NCBI GenBank assembly: GCA_964016885.1
Contig: OZ024757.1
Coordinates: 1,550,001-1,614,000 of the forward strand
DNA length: 64,000 nt
Direction of reading: 5' to 3'
Source of the DNA: Eledone cirrhosa
Lineage: Eukaryota
How positions within the stretch are numbered: the stretch's first letter is position 1; every line of letters begins with the position of its first letter. The translations under genes were made by a program, and so were the position numbers. The notes under the pieces are model-generated. The model saw nothing but the letters and a program-made list of their open reading frames with translations. It was not told the origin of the DNA and searched no databases. This document shows, piece after piece, positions 40,580 through 53,661 of this stretch.

Positions 40580-41396
40580 ATAAATGTAAGTATGTATGTA
40601 TGTATACGTACATACATATATGTATACAGACGTACAGTAGTATGTATATATATACATACATGCACACATATATATGCACGTATCGGTTTACCGAACATTT
40701 ATTATAATGCTCGGTTTGTTTGTTACGCCGTACAGTGTTTAGGCAACCACGTCAGTGTTGTTTGTTTGGGTGTTGTTATTCCATTCATTCTTTCTGTTTA
40801 GCCTTGGCCATAGAACTTAGAAGGCCAAGGCTAAACAAAACAGAAAGAATGAATGGGAATAACAACAACACCCAAACAAACAACACTGACCTAAGAGAAG
40901 TATAAATAAATAAATACATACACAAGCACAATAACAACAAACACATATAAACACACACTAGTAAAGATAGAATACATTAACCAATACACAGTCACCCAAT
41001 CACGAACACACATCAAACAAAACACTATACACACACGCAAACGTATGCGCAAAGAAGACAAAATAAAATAAACAAATAAATAAATATATAAACAGACTAA
41101 ATAAAGATGGCGTAGAAAATACAATGTAACGGGAGGAAACAATAGCACCACTGACGATGTTGCAGATGTGCAACGAAAGAACTTTGATAAACTATATATA
41201 TGTGTTTGTGTCTATATTGTATCTGTATTATTTTTGACCGTTGGTCAGTCAATGGCAACATTGAGGACCGAATAAATTAGATTACCGATATAAAAGACAC
41301 AGAAGCGAAAAGCGAAAACCAACCAAACAGTGAGTGTGTTCTGTTATTAATTCTGGCAATATTACACAAATATGACCCTCCCCAAGTATAACAATA
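40580..41396 (+). mobile_element. Penelope 3' end with a local inversion (hairpin ~40751-40890)
   Basis: IELRRPRLNK (end of GIY-YIG) at ~40810, followed by a UTR that is the reverse complement of 47108-47680. Confidence 0.78.
41151..41185 (+). ncRNA. Hammerhead core in the Penelope 3'UTR; second copy at 47308-47342 (-)
   Basis: CTGA(C/T)GA-T-GTTGCA gatg TGCAAC-GAAAGAACTT; perfect 6-bp stem II in both copies; weak stem I. Confidence 0.62.
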
Positions 41397-41409
41397 TATA
41401 TATATATAT

Positions 41410-41790
41410 ATCATCATCATCATCACTGTTTTACATCCATTCTTCCATGCTAGCATGTGTTAGACGGGTTGTCCTGTTGTGGGCAATGCCAGGTCAGGTG
41501 ACCATGTTGTGCTCATACAGAACTGATTGCTACAGCTGGATACCCTTCCTAACACCAACCTCATTTACAATGAATACTGGGTGCTTTTTACCGTGGCGCC
41601 TACATGGACCACTTTACAGAGTGGACTGGGTGTTTTTTTTGTCGTGACACCTCCATGACCACTTTGCAGTGGAAGGGGGTGGAGGCATACTGTCTATATG
41701 TTTCAGCTTCGGCTTGTACCTGTGGGAGTTTGGGTCTTATGTATTACTGCGTGACGCCATAGGTCTCGGTCCTGTGTCATCGCCTTTGAG
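41410..41790 (-). mobile_element. RTE 3' end
   Basis: Reverse complement of the 30265-30640 type sequence. Confidence 0.85.
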
Positions 41791-42175
41791 ATATATATAG
41801 TTAAATATTAGACAAGAACAAAAAGACAGAGAGGCAGTAAAAATGGTAGTTTATTAGGTTCACGTTTTTGAGAGGGGGGGGGGGGGTGTACATACACATA
41901 TATATATATATATATATATAAATGTGTATGTATGTATATATGTATGTATATATATGTGTGTGTGTATATATGCCAAGAAATGCCAGTGGAAGCAGTAGAG
42001 GTAGACCACGAAAAACATGGGTGGAGGTGGTGAGAGCAGACCTCAGATTGCTGAAACTCACGGAGGAGATGATGAAGGACCGTGACAAGATGCTGTGCTG
42101 AATAGGACCTGTCCCACCCTTGCAAGCAGGGAAAAGCGGACGTAAAATGATATATATATATATATATATATATAC

Positions 42176-42611
42176 ACAATATTAATAAATGGAAATTATA
42201 TTTATAAAACCATATTTATTTCATTATATATATTCAACAGACAAAATACAATATATAACAGTTTTATAAATAGATATTGACGTGCCCTTTCAAAAAGGTG
42301 ACCGTTGTTTTTGGAGGTCATCCGGATAGTGGTTTGTTTACTTTAGTAAGTCATAGTGTTAAGAGTAAGTAAAAAGATGGAGAGAGAGAGAGAAACATCT
42401 CTCTCTCCATCTTTTTACTTACTCTTAACACTATGACTTACTAAAGTAAACAAACCACTATCCGGATGACCTCCAAAAACAACGGTCACCTTTTTGAAAG
42501 GGTATGTCAATATCTATTTATAAAACTGTTATATATTGTATTTTGTCTGTTGAATATATATAATGAAATAAATATGGTTTTATAAATATAGTTTCCATTT
42601 ATTAATATTGT
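42176..42611. repeat. ~435-bp near-perfect palindrome, centre ~42390-42397
   Basis: Arms are reverse complements with a few mismatches. The outer part is related to 2611-2730, but the hammerhead stem II region is missing. Confidence 0.9.
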
Positions 42612-43140
42612 ATATCTACTCCAAATATTTGTCGAGTGCTTTATATCAGTTACAATAACATTTGCTTGTCATATCCCAACAATTTAAATAGAACTTTTGC
42701 ATATATATATATATATATATATATACACAACCAATTACAACAGTGACATAATCAGATACGCAGATACTTCAATTCCTTTGTGTTTGTCATACGTATGTTG
42801 TCATTAACTCTTGATAAAAACTAGGAAATACCAATGTGTCGATGGTCATGTCTGTTGTAAGGGGGGGGGGGGGCTCTAGTGTTATTGTTTAACCCTAGGT
42901 ATGACCTCATCCAGCACACCTATCATTAAAACATAATATTCTATGTTTTCTCTAGGCTTACTTCATCAATAATTATATTTAAGTGAGAACCTTTGTTAAG
43001 TTATGTCCCAAGCTTAATAATGAGAAAGTTATATTACTAAATCCTGCCAAATTTTTTATTATTTCCCATATTTTTTATGATTTGAAAACCATATATATAT
43101 GCATATATATATATATATTTGCATATATATGTGCATATAT

Positions 43141-43172
<32 letters not shown>

Positions 43173-43231
43173 TAGAAAGTGAGGTTTTTTTTACAAAATG
43201 AAAAATAACCTATGTCCTACGCGAGTGAAAG

Positions 43232-43534
43232 TATAAAGAAAAAAGATGAAATCGAAAATGCAACTGCAGTCTTATTTTAAAAAATATATATATATTTATT
43301 TGGTTCCTTTACCGGTTTCGCAGTTCTTCTGCTTTTCAAAAGTAGAATTGAGATGGAGGGTCTGTGGTTTTTCTCACATTCTCAGATGTGAGAAAAACCA
43401 CAGACCCTCCATCTCAATTCTACTTTTGAAAAGCAGAAGAACTGCGAAACCGGTAAAGGAACCAAATAAATATATATATATTTTTTAAAATAAGACTGCA
43501 GTTGCATTTTCGATTTCATCTTTTTTTCTTTATA
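43232..43534. repeat. ~300-bp palindrome with a 6-nt spacer (43380-43385)
   Basis: Reverse-complement arms read directly; the same peptide appears on both strands in the ORF track. Confidence 0.93.
43423..43458 (+). ncRNA. Minimal hammerhead with U3-A8 core variant; mirror copy at 43307-43342 (-)
   Basis: CTT-TTGAAAA-GCAG aagaa CTGC-GAA-ACCGGT-A-AAG. Canonical G-C closing pair, palindromic stem III, predicted cut after A43455; stem I is short. Confidence 0.62.
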
Positions 43535-43536
43535 TA

Positions 43537-43568
<32 letters not shown>

Positions 43569-43607
43569 CATATATATATATACATTTATATATACATATA
43601 TATATAT

Positions 43608-43915
43608 ATATGTATATAGATATAGATAGGTAAATATACATATTAATAAGAGGAATTCCAACTTTGTCTGATTTACTCGTTTTATTTACAATCCTTTAAA
43701 ATATATATAATGGTATTATAATGAAATAGTATGATAGAATATTAAATTCTAAGTGTTAATTGAACAAGTACTTTCATTTAATATTCTATCATACTATTTC
43801 ATTATAATACCATTATATATATTTTAAAGGATTGTAAATAAAACGAGTAAATCAGACAAAGTTGGAATTCCTCTTATTAATATGTATATTTACCTATCTA
43901 TATCTATATACATAT
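43608..43915. repeat. ~300-bp palindrome (arms to 43747 / from 43776) flanked by (TA)n
   Basis: Reverse-complement arms read directly. Confidence 0.9.
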
Positions 43916-43943
43916 ATATATATATGTATATATATATGAATAT

Positions 43944-45922
43944 AAGGCAATCAAAGATATGAAGACGGGTAAGGTGGCTGGGCCTTCGGAAATAGTTGCT
44001 GAAATGCTGAAAGCATCTGGAATGGTGGGACACACTATGGTCACCCGGATAGTAAACCAAGTCATACAGAATGGGGTCGTTCCGAAGGACTGGCATAGCA
44101 GCATCATCATTAACTGCTACAAGAGTAAAGGAGATGCCCTAGATAGGGGTAACTATAGAGGCATTAAATTAATCGACCAGGTCATGAAGGTCACAGAAAA
44201 AGTAATAGCGCAACTAATCAGAGAGCAAATTGATCTAGATGAAATGCAGTTCGGGTTTGTGTCAGGTAAAAGTACCACAGACACTCTTTTCATTGTACGA
44301 TAACCACAAGAGAAGTACCTAGCTAAAAGTAAACCCCTCTACTTAGCTTTTGAGAAAGCCTTTGACAGAGTCCCCCGCTCCATTATCTGGTGGGCGCTTA
44401 GAAAACTAGGTGTTGATGAATGGTTTGTGAGAGCTATACAAGCCATGTATAAAGAAACAGTCAACAAGGTTAGAATTAACAACGAATATAGTGAAGAGTT
44501 TAGCGTAAAAGTTGGTGTTCATCAGGGCTCCGTCCTTAGCCCCCTGCTATTTATTATTGCCCTTCAGGCTATAACAGAGAAGTTCAAGACCGGCTGCCCA
44601 TGGGAACTCCTATACGCAGATGATCTAACGCTCATAGCTGAATCAATGGCCGAATGAGAGAAGAAATTCCAAATATGGAAGCATGGCCTAGAATCAAAAG
44701 GCCTTAAAATTAACCTGTCTAAGACTAAAGTTCTAGTTTGTAGGAAGGAAAATAGAGCACCAGTTCCATCTGGGAAATGGCCATGCTCAGTGTGTAGGAA
44801 AGGAGTAGGTAGAAACTCCATTTTATGTCCCAAATGCAAAGTATGGATGCATAAAAGATGTAGTGGGATCACAGATAAGCTAACTAAGAATATAGATTTT
44901 ATATGTGGCCGGTGCTCTGGTGCAATAAGTAGCAGCAAGTGCCCACAAAATACTAGCTCATTCCATTGCACAGATGGTTCTATAGAAATAGTGGACACCT
45001 TCCGTTACCTGGGTGACAAAATCAGCAGTGGTGGAGGGTGCTCTGAAAGTACAGTAGCTAGAGTCAGAATGGGATGGAAAAAGTTCAGAGAGCTTATACC
45101 ACTATTGGCCGCTAAAGGATTCTCTCTAAAAATGAAAGGCAGGCTGTATGATGCCTGCATACGAACAGCAATGTTGCATGGCAGTGAGATCTGGGCATTG
45201 TGTGCAGAGGATATTCGCAGACTGGAGAGGAACGAAGCTTGCATGCTCCGCTGGATGTGTAATAGTAATATACGTGGACGGCAAAGCATAAACGAACTAA
45301 GGGAGAAATTAGGAATAAGAGGGATCAGATGCTGTTTACTCGAGAGAAGACTACGTTGGTACGGTCACGTGATGCGCATGAAAGACGACAGCTGTATAAA
45401 AAAGTGCAGGGCGATCAAAATTGATGGTAGTTTCGAGTAGGTAGACCCAGAAAAACCTGGGACAATCTGATAAATTCCGACCTTACACACTTGCACCTCT
45501 CTAAGACAATGTCACTGGACCAAGATCTTTGGCGCTACACAGTAATACAGAAGACCCGCCTTGCCTATGTACAAAGCCAAACCTACACTCAGTAGGCACC
45601 TCCTAACCAAATATACACCCCAATACACTACCCCTACCCTATCCTCCCACTCCCACCAACACCACCCTCTCTCTGTAAAGTTGGTACCACAACATCCAGT
45701 CCAAATAAATGAGATCGAGGTCGAGATCGTGTAGGTGTTACGACAAAAATCACAGTCCATGCTGTAATGAGGTCGTGTAGGTAACACAGTAAAAAGTTCC
45801 CAGTTCCACACTGTAATGTGGTTGGTGTTAGGAAGGGCATCCAACCGTAGAAAACCTGCCAGATAGTCCTATACTAGTGAGACACGGTCACCCAACCAAC
45901 CTTGGCTTAAACGAAGTTGATG

Positions 45923-45925
<3 letters not shown>
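43944..45925 (+). mobile_element. 5'-truncated RTE LINE (RT to 3'UTR), with stops
   Basis: ORFs 43959-44303, 44427-44657 ([19 protein letters not shown]) and 44790-45440. Confidence 0.94.
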
Positions 45926-45960
<35 letters not shown>

Positions 45961-46054
45961 TATGTATATATATATATATATTTATATGTATATATATACA
46001 TATATTTATATATATATATATACATATATTTATATATATATATATACATATATT

Positions 46055-46086
<32 letters not shown>

Positions 46087-46185
46087 CATATATATACATA
46101 TATATATACATATATTTATATATATATATATACATATATATATATACATATATATACATATATATATATATATACATATATATAC

Positions 46186-46218
<33 letters not shown>

Positions 46219-46342
46219 CATATATATACATATATATATACATATATACATATATATATATACATATATACATATATATATACATATATACATATATATA
46301 TACATATATACATATATATATACATATATACATATATATATT

Positions 46343-46374
<32 letters not shown>

Positions 46375-46388
46375 CATATATATATATT

Positions 46389-46594
<206 letters not shown>

Positions 46595-46772
46595 TTTCGT
46601 TTCTGAATTTGTTTAGCAAGATTCTTTATCTGAAATCGTGTGTTGAAACCGATATTGTTATACAACCAGAAATTTATAAATTTGTAAATTTATAAATATT
46701 TAATAAATTAAATTGAAGTGAAAGCAACTGGTGCGTGTGTTTCTTATTGGCAACATGACCCTCCCAAAGTAT

Positions 46773-46831
<59 letters not shown>

Positions 46832-46963
46832 CACACATATATATATGTACACATATATACATATATATACATATATATATATACATATATATACATATAT
46901 ATACATGTTACATGTATATATATGTATATATATATATATATAGGAAAAGATGATGATGATATA

Positions 46964-47004
<41 letters not shown>

Positions 47005-47107
47005 GTGTGTGTATATATATATATATATGTATATATATATACATATATATATATACATATATATATAGTTTTGCGAGGTTTTTTATATGAAATCGTGCGT
47101 CGAAACA

Positions 47108-47947
47108 AATATTGTTATACTTGGGGAGGGTCATATTTGTGTAATATTGCCAGAATTAATAACAGAACACACTCACTGTTTGGTTGGTTTTCGCTTCTCT
47201 ATCTTTTATATCAGTTAATTTATTCGGTCCTCAATGTTTACCATTGACTGACCAACGGTCAAAAATACAGATACAATATAGACCCAAACACATATATATA
47301 GTCCAACAAAGTTCTTTCGTTGCACATCTGCAACATCATCAGGGGTACTCTTATGTTTCCTCCTGTTGTATTGTATGTCTACGCCATTTTTATTTAGTCT
47401 GTTTATTTATTTGTTTATTTATTTTTTGTCTTCTTCTCTGCGCATGCGTTTGCGTGTGTGTATAGTGTTTGATGTGTGTTCGTATTTGGGTGACTGTGTA
47501 TTGGTTATTGTATTCTATCTTTGTTTACTAGTGTGTGTTTATATGTGTTTGTTGTTATTGTGCTTGTGTATATATTTATTTATTTATTTATATTTCTCTT
47601 AGGTCAGTGTTGTTTGTTTGGGTGTTGTTGTTATTCCATTCATTTTTTTCTGTTTAGCTTTGGCCTTCTAAGTTCTATTTCACTTGCCTCTCTGATTTGC
47701 GTATCTGCTGGGTCATTTCTATGTTTTATTCTAATTTCTATGTTGGCTATGTTACCGTCGTGTTGTTGTCTGGCATGTTCGTATAGTACTGAACCGTTTT
47801 TTCTTCCTTTTAGTTCCCCCCAGTGTTGGTCTATCCTTTCACTTATGCTATGAGCTGTCTCGCCTATGTATGTTGTTGTCATGTGAGTGTGTTCGGTTAT
47901 TAATTCTGGCAATATTATTACAAAAATATGACCCTCCCCAAGTATAA

Positions 47948-47948
<1 letters not shown>
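47108..47948 (-). mobile_element. Penelope fragment: GIY-YIG C-half (~47640-47880) plus 3'UTR with a short terminal direct repeat
   Basis: [17 protein letters not shown]...LYEH...[16 protein letters not shown]. The segment gttatacttggggagggtcatatt...aacacactcac is present at both ends in opposite orientation. Confidence 0.85.
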
Positions 47949-48016
<68 letters not shown>

Positions 48017-48720
48017 TAGATATACATATATATATATATATATATACACATATATATATATACACACATATATACATATACATATATATATATATGGTGG
48101 CTGCCAACTCGTTTTTGAGTACGGCCACTACTTTATATCCATGTAGGAGAACCCCTACAGATGCGCTGAATGAGTGTGGCTTTTTAGTCCAGCCAGCGAC
48201 TTGAAAACTCTGGTACAAACACTACACTTGTGACAATTATTGACACATAGTGCTGGGCCCATGGTTCCATGTGACGACAAGTGCAGAGAGATCTCCAGAT
48301 ATAAAGCAATGCCTGTGCCGTGAAGCTTTTATAGTGAGCAAAGGTACTGCACAAAGCCAGTCCCACTCTCTTAACCAAGATGATATTTACCAAAAAGAAG
48401 AACAAGTCAACATCATTGGATACCATCAGGGTTGCAGGTGTTATATCAGAGTTTTCCTTCTCCTAGAATTCTGCCTTGACAAAGGCTAAGGGGTCATCTC
48501 TCCTGGTGATTTTGGATGGCCATTGACTCTTAAGAGCTCCTTTGCCCTTTAACAGGTTTTGTTTTATCCTGCAGGATGTCCAAAGTCACCCTCCTCACCA
48601 AGAAACCTTGGTGGGGTTGCCAGTTTAGTCGCCAACGCCCCGACCATGAGACAGGTTGTACTGGGATACATGTTACCAGTAGCACCAACTCGTGACCTGA
48701 CATATATGTATATATGTATG

Positions 48721-48751
<31 letters not shown>

Positions 48752-49079
48752 TGTGGATATTATCCAATTACAAGTATATTAGAGAGCCGAAATATCAATA
48801 TCGATACATATATATACACACATATATACATGTATACACACATATATATATACATATATATATATATATACATATATACACACACATATATATATACATA
48901 TGTATATATATATATACATACATATATATATACATATATACATATATACATATACATTTATATATATATACATATACATATATACATATACATTTATATA
49001 TATATACATATACATTTATATATATATACATATACATATATACATATACATATATACATATCTATCTATCTATCTAAGG

Positions 49080-49197
49080 CGGGTAAAATTCCCGAGATCC
49101 ATGGACGAGTTCTCTCCAGCGGTCTCTGTCCCTCATTATCGCTGCCATATCCTGCATCTCCAACAGACCAGTGTCTGTCCTTAGGGCATATCAACAT
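49080..49197 (-). mobile_element. Short LINE C-terminal remnant (RTE-like)
   Basis: Minus strand reads [24 protein letters not shown], typical of RTE-type ORF ends. Confidence 0.5.
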
Positions 49198-49336
49198 ATA
49201 TACATATAAATATATACATATATACATATATACATATAAATATATATATATATACATATATACATACATATATACATACATATATACATATATACATACA
49301 TATATACATACATATATACATATATACATACATATA

Positions 49337-49367
<31 letters not shown>

Positions 49368-51039
49368 GTATATATATATGTATATATATATGTATATATA
49401 TATATATATGTATATATATATGTATATATATATGTATATATATATATATATGTATATATATGTATATATATATGTATATATATGTATATATATATGTATA
49501 TATATATATATATATATTAAGAGAGTAAAACAAAGAATCCTTTAATACATCAAAAGTTTTTATTAGCCGACAATGTTTCGTCCTATTAAGGACTCATCAG
49601 GGCAATCAAAACAACAAGAAGTAATATCGGCAGATACAAGCCGGAAACTCTGAAGAATATGGAGTGTACATACACTAAAGTCTTACAAAAATATATGATA
49701 ATAAAAATGAAAATAAAAATAAAAATAATAAAAATATATAATAATAAGAATAACTAAGGATGTAGATAACATTAAGAACCATGTTACAAATATAGTCCAA
49801 AGCAACTAACCTAAATCTAAACAAATTTGGTTATATAGAGCAGGAATTATATATAACACAATGCAATAAACATAATACATTATAATAATATACCTTTACC
49901 AACATTAAAATTACAAATTAAAAATCAAAAGGTACAATATATACATGTATATATGTGCGCGCACACACACACACACACACATATATAACAATACACACAT
50001 CTATGATCAACTACACAAATTAAGCCCTATTAGAAGTTTGAATATAAAAATAAGCCTGATAAGAGTGAAAATAATACCAATACATCTACCCAATATACAT
50101 GAGGCAATAATATGATATAATTACAAGAGACACATATAATAAATAATAAACAATAAAATTATATAATTCAATATAATATAATAAAATAATAAAATAAAAT
50201 AGATAATCCCCGGTTAATTTACAGAAACAATATAGATGTCACAATAAAATACAATGATAATACGTAAACAGTGTACTAACATTTACCATAAACAATGTAT
50301 ACAAATCGATTCATACTGGGTTATAGAGTAAATGAGGAATAATAAATTATATAATACTCAAAAAAACACTATAATGGTACTGTAAAAATTATGATGGTAC
50401 AGAAAAAAATATATACAGACATCTTACATGATATGTAAAGTCTAAATATCATAATGTTACATATAATGAACAGTAAGTAATAAGGATCAATATTACAAAA
50501 AATACAGACATCTTACATGATATATAAAGTTTAAATGTCATAATGTTACATATAATGAACAGTAAGTAATAAGGATCAATATTACAATACAATATAATAT
50601 AATATATTATAAATTGACATAAAATAATACTTATAATTACAAGGTTAGTAGACAGACATATGTGGATGTGTAAGCAAAGCCAGACAGTGAATAGTAAATA
50701 GAATATAGAATAAAATAAATAAATAAATATAATCAACCGGAAATTACAAAACAAAAGCAAATATATACACACTAAGGCCTCACATGCGGTTAAGAAATTA
50801 GGTAAACACTAAGGAAAACAATCATTTTAATTGACTCAAAACCCTATTTGATAAATTAATATTAAAAATATCAAACCTATCCAATAAGGTAGTATAATAT
50901 TAGCTGTAGTTTAAGTCATTAAAGTTTATAAACTTTAATGTTTCGTTACAAATGTTTACAAAAAGGAATGAAAATTTTTTACTATCATATACGCAACGAT
51001 ATCTAAAAAACTGACTTAAGTAGAATTAAGGTAGGCTAA

Positions 51040-51306
51040 TGGGGACAGAATTGACGAAATATATGGAGGGTGCGAAGTGGCATAAAATATAGCCTTAACT
51101 GGCGTTTAGTAGCACGCTCTAACCACCTTTCTACACATAGTAAGTTTTGTAATCTCTGTATACTTGAGACACACTCTATTATTTTCTCTAGCGTATCCTT
51201 ACTTAATAGAAAGTCTGAGATATTCTCTTCTTGCCCCCACGCCATTTCTAATTCTTATTTTTATTATAAACCCAAACGTTCTAGTAGTACAAATTGTACC
51301 CATTAG
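51040..51306 (+). pseudogene. Penelope GIY-YIG C-terminal fragment
   Basis: TELTKY/WRVRSGIKYSLNW...CNLCILET.SI......LLNRKSEIFSSCPH resembles the PLE C.LC..E...LN.R.E...C.H tail. Confidence 0.78.
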
Positions 51307-53200
51307 CAGATATATTCCATTACTTAGTTTTTAGTTTAGGTTCTTTTGTTTGCCAACATTATTGTTATCATCATTATTACCATTGGTTTTTGATGACTCT
51401 TCATTCTAGCTCTCATAATCATTTGGCTACTGTACCATATCTATGTTTTCACTATTACACCTTGTTAATATACATAAGATTACACGCTTTACGCCACTTA
51501 CGTTATTCTATTATTATCTTTATTTTTATTTTTATTATTAATTTTATTTTTAATTCTATTTTTATTTCTAATTTTATTCAGATTCATCTTTGGACAACCC
51601 CCCCCCCCCCCATGCGCACATAAACTTATTGTCAACCCCTCCAGATTGACTATGATTATATTTACCCCCCCCCCCTCTTTTACGCTTCATTCTATTATTT
51701 ATTATAGTATATCGACTATATTTTATGCCACTTCGCACCCTCCATATATTTCGTCAATTCTGTCCCCATTAGCCTACCTTAATTCTACTTAAGTCAGTTT
51801 TTTAGATATCGTTGCGTATATGATAGTAAAAAATTTTCATTCCTTTTTGTAAACATTTGTAACGAAACATTAAAGTTTATAAACTTTAATGACTTAAACT
51901 ACAGCTAATATTATACTACCTTATTGGATAGGTTTGATATTTTTAATATTAATTTATCAAATAGGGTTTTGAGTCAATTAAAATGATTGTTTTCCTTAGT
52001 GTTTACCTAATTTCTTAACCGCATGTGAGGCCTTAGTGTGTATATATTTGCTTTTGTTTTGTAATTTCCGGTTGATTATATTTATTTATTTATTTTATTC
52101 TATATTCTATTTACTATTCACTGTCTGGCTTTGCTTACACATCCACATATGTCTGTCTACTAACCTTGTAATTATAAGTATTATTTTATGTCAATTTATA
52201 ATATATTATATTATATTGTATTGTAATATTGATCCTTATTACTTACTGTTCATTATATGTAACATTATGACATTTAAACTTTATATATCATGTAAGATGT
52301 CTGTATTTTTTGTAATATTGATCCTTATTACTTACTGTTCATTATATGTAACATTATGATATTTAGACTTTACATATCATGTAAGATGTCTGTATATATT
52401 TTTTTCTGTACCATCATAATTTTTACAGTACCATTATAGTGTTTTTTTGAGTATTATATAATTTATTTTTCCTCATTTACTCTATAACCCAGTATGAATC
52501 GATTTGTATACATTGTTTATGGTAAATGTTAGTACACTGTTTACGTATTATCATTGTATTTTATTGTGACATCTATATTGTTTCTGTAAATTAACCGGGG
52601 ATTATCTATTTTATTTTATTATTTTATTATATTATATTGAATTATATAATTTTATTGTTTATTATTTATTATATGTGTCTCTTGTAATTATATCATATTA
52701 TTGCCTCATGTATATTGGGTAGATGTATTGGTATTATTTTCACTCTTATCAGGCTTATTTTTATATTCAAACTTCTAATAGGGCTTAATTTGTGTAGTTG
52801 ATCATAGATGTGTGTATTGTTATATATGTGTGTGTGTGTGTGTGTGCGCGCACATATATACATGTATATATTGTACCTTTTGATTTTTAATTTGTAATTT
52901 TAATGTTGGTAAAGGTATATTATTATAATGTATTATGTTTATTGCATTGTGTTATATATAATTCCTGCTCTATATAACCAAATTTGTTTAGATTTAGGTT
53001 AGTTGCTTTGGACTATATTTGTAATATGGTTCTTAATGTTATCTACATCCTTAGTTATTCTTATTATTATATATTTTTATTATTTTTATTTTTATTTTCA
53101 TTTTTATTATCATATATTTTTGTAAGACTTTAGTGTATGTACACTCCATATTCTTCAGAGTTTCCGGCTTGTATCTGCCGATATTACTTCTTGTTGTTTT

Positions 53201-53246
53201 GATTGCCCTGATGAGTCCTTAATAGGACGAAACATTGTCGGCTAAT
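53201..53246 (+). ncRNA. Minimal type I hammerhead ribozyme with canonical core; mirror copy at 49562-49607 (-)
   Basis: GATTGCC-CTGATGA-GTCC ttaata GGAC-GAAAC att GTC-GGCTAAT. All core nucleotides are canonical; GUC cut predicted after C53239. Confidence 0.87.
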
Positions 53247-53406
53247 AAAAACTTTTGATGTATTAAAGGATTCTTTGTTTTACTCTCTTAATTTTTTGGC
53301 TCTGTTTAACTGCATTGAGCTATACCTTTTACTGTCATTTCTATAATACGAAGAGGGTGTTTAACTCCAACACGCTCCAGTATTCTAATCCTTATATATA
53401 TATATA

Positions 53407-53470
<64 letters not shown>

Positions 53471-53474
53471 CATA

Positions 53475-53506
<32 letters not shown>

Positions 53507-53661
53507 CATATACATACATATATATATACATACATATATATATACATATATACATATATACATATATATATATACATATATATATATACATATATACATA
53601 TACATATATATATATACATATATACATATACATATCTACATATACATATATATATATATAC

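Larger units (their letters stand above)
49516..53292. mobile_element. Penelope-like fold-back: ~1577-bp inverted arms (49516-51092 / 51716-53292) around a ~620-bp spacer
   Basis: Arms are nearly identical (an identical 107-aa ORF on both strands). The spacer encodes a PLE endonuclease C-terminus, and hammerheads lie at both outer ends. Confidence 0.9.

Noticed and set aside
50449-52359. Pair of identical 107-aa hydrophobic membrane proteins
   Set aside because: AT-rich ORFs mirrored by the inverted repeat, with no domain signal.
53410-53660. N-terminal extension giving a 693-aa RT protein
   Set aside because: The first ~84 codons are microsatellite fused in frame by chance to a 5'-truncated LINE.
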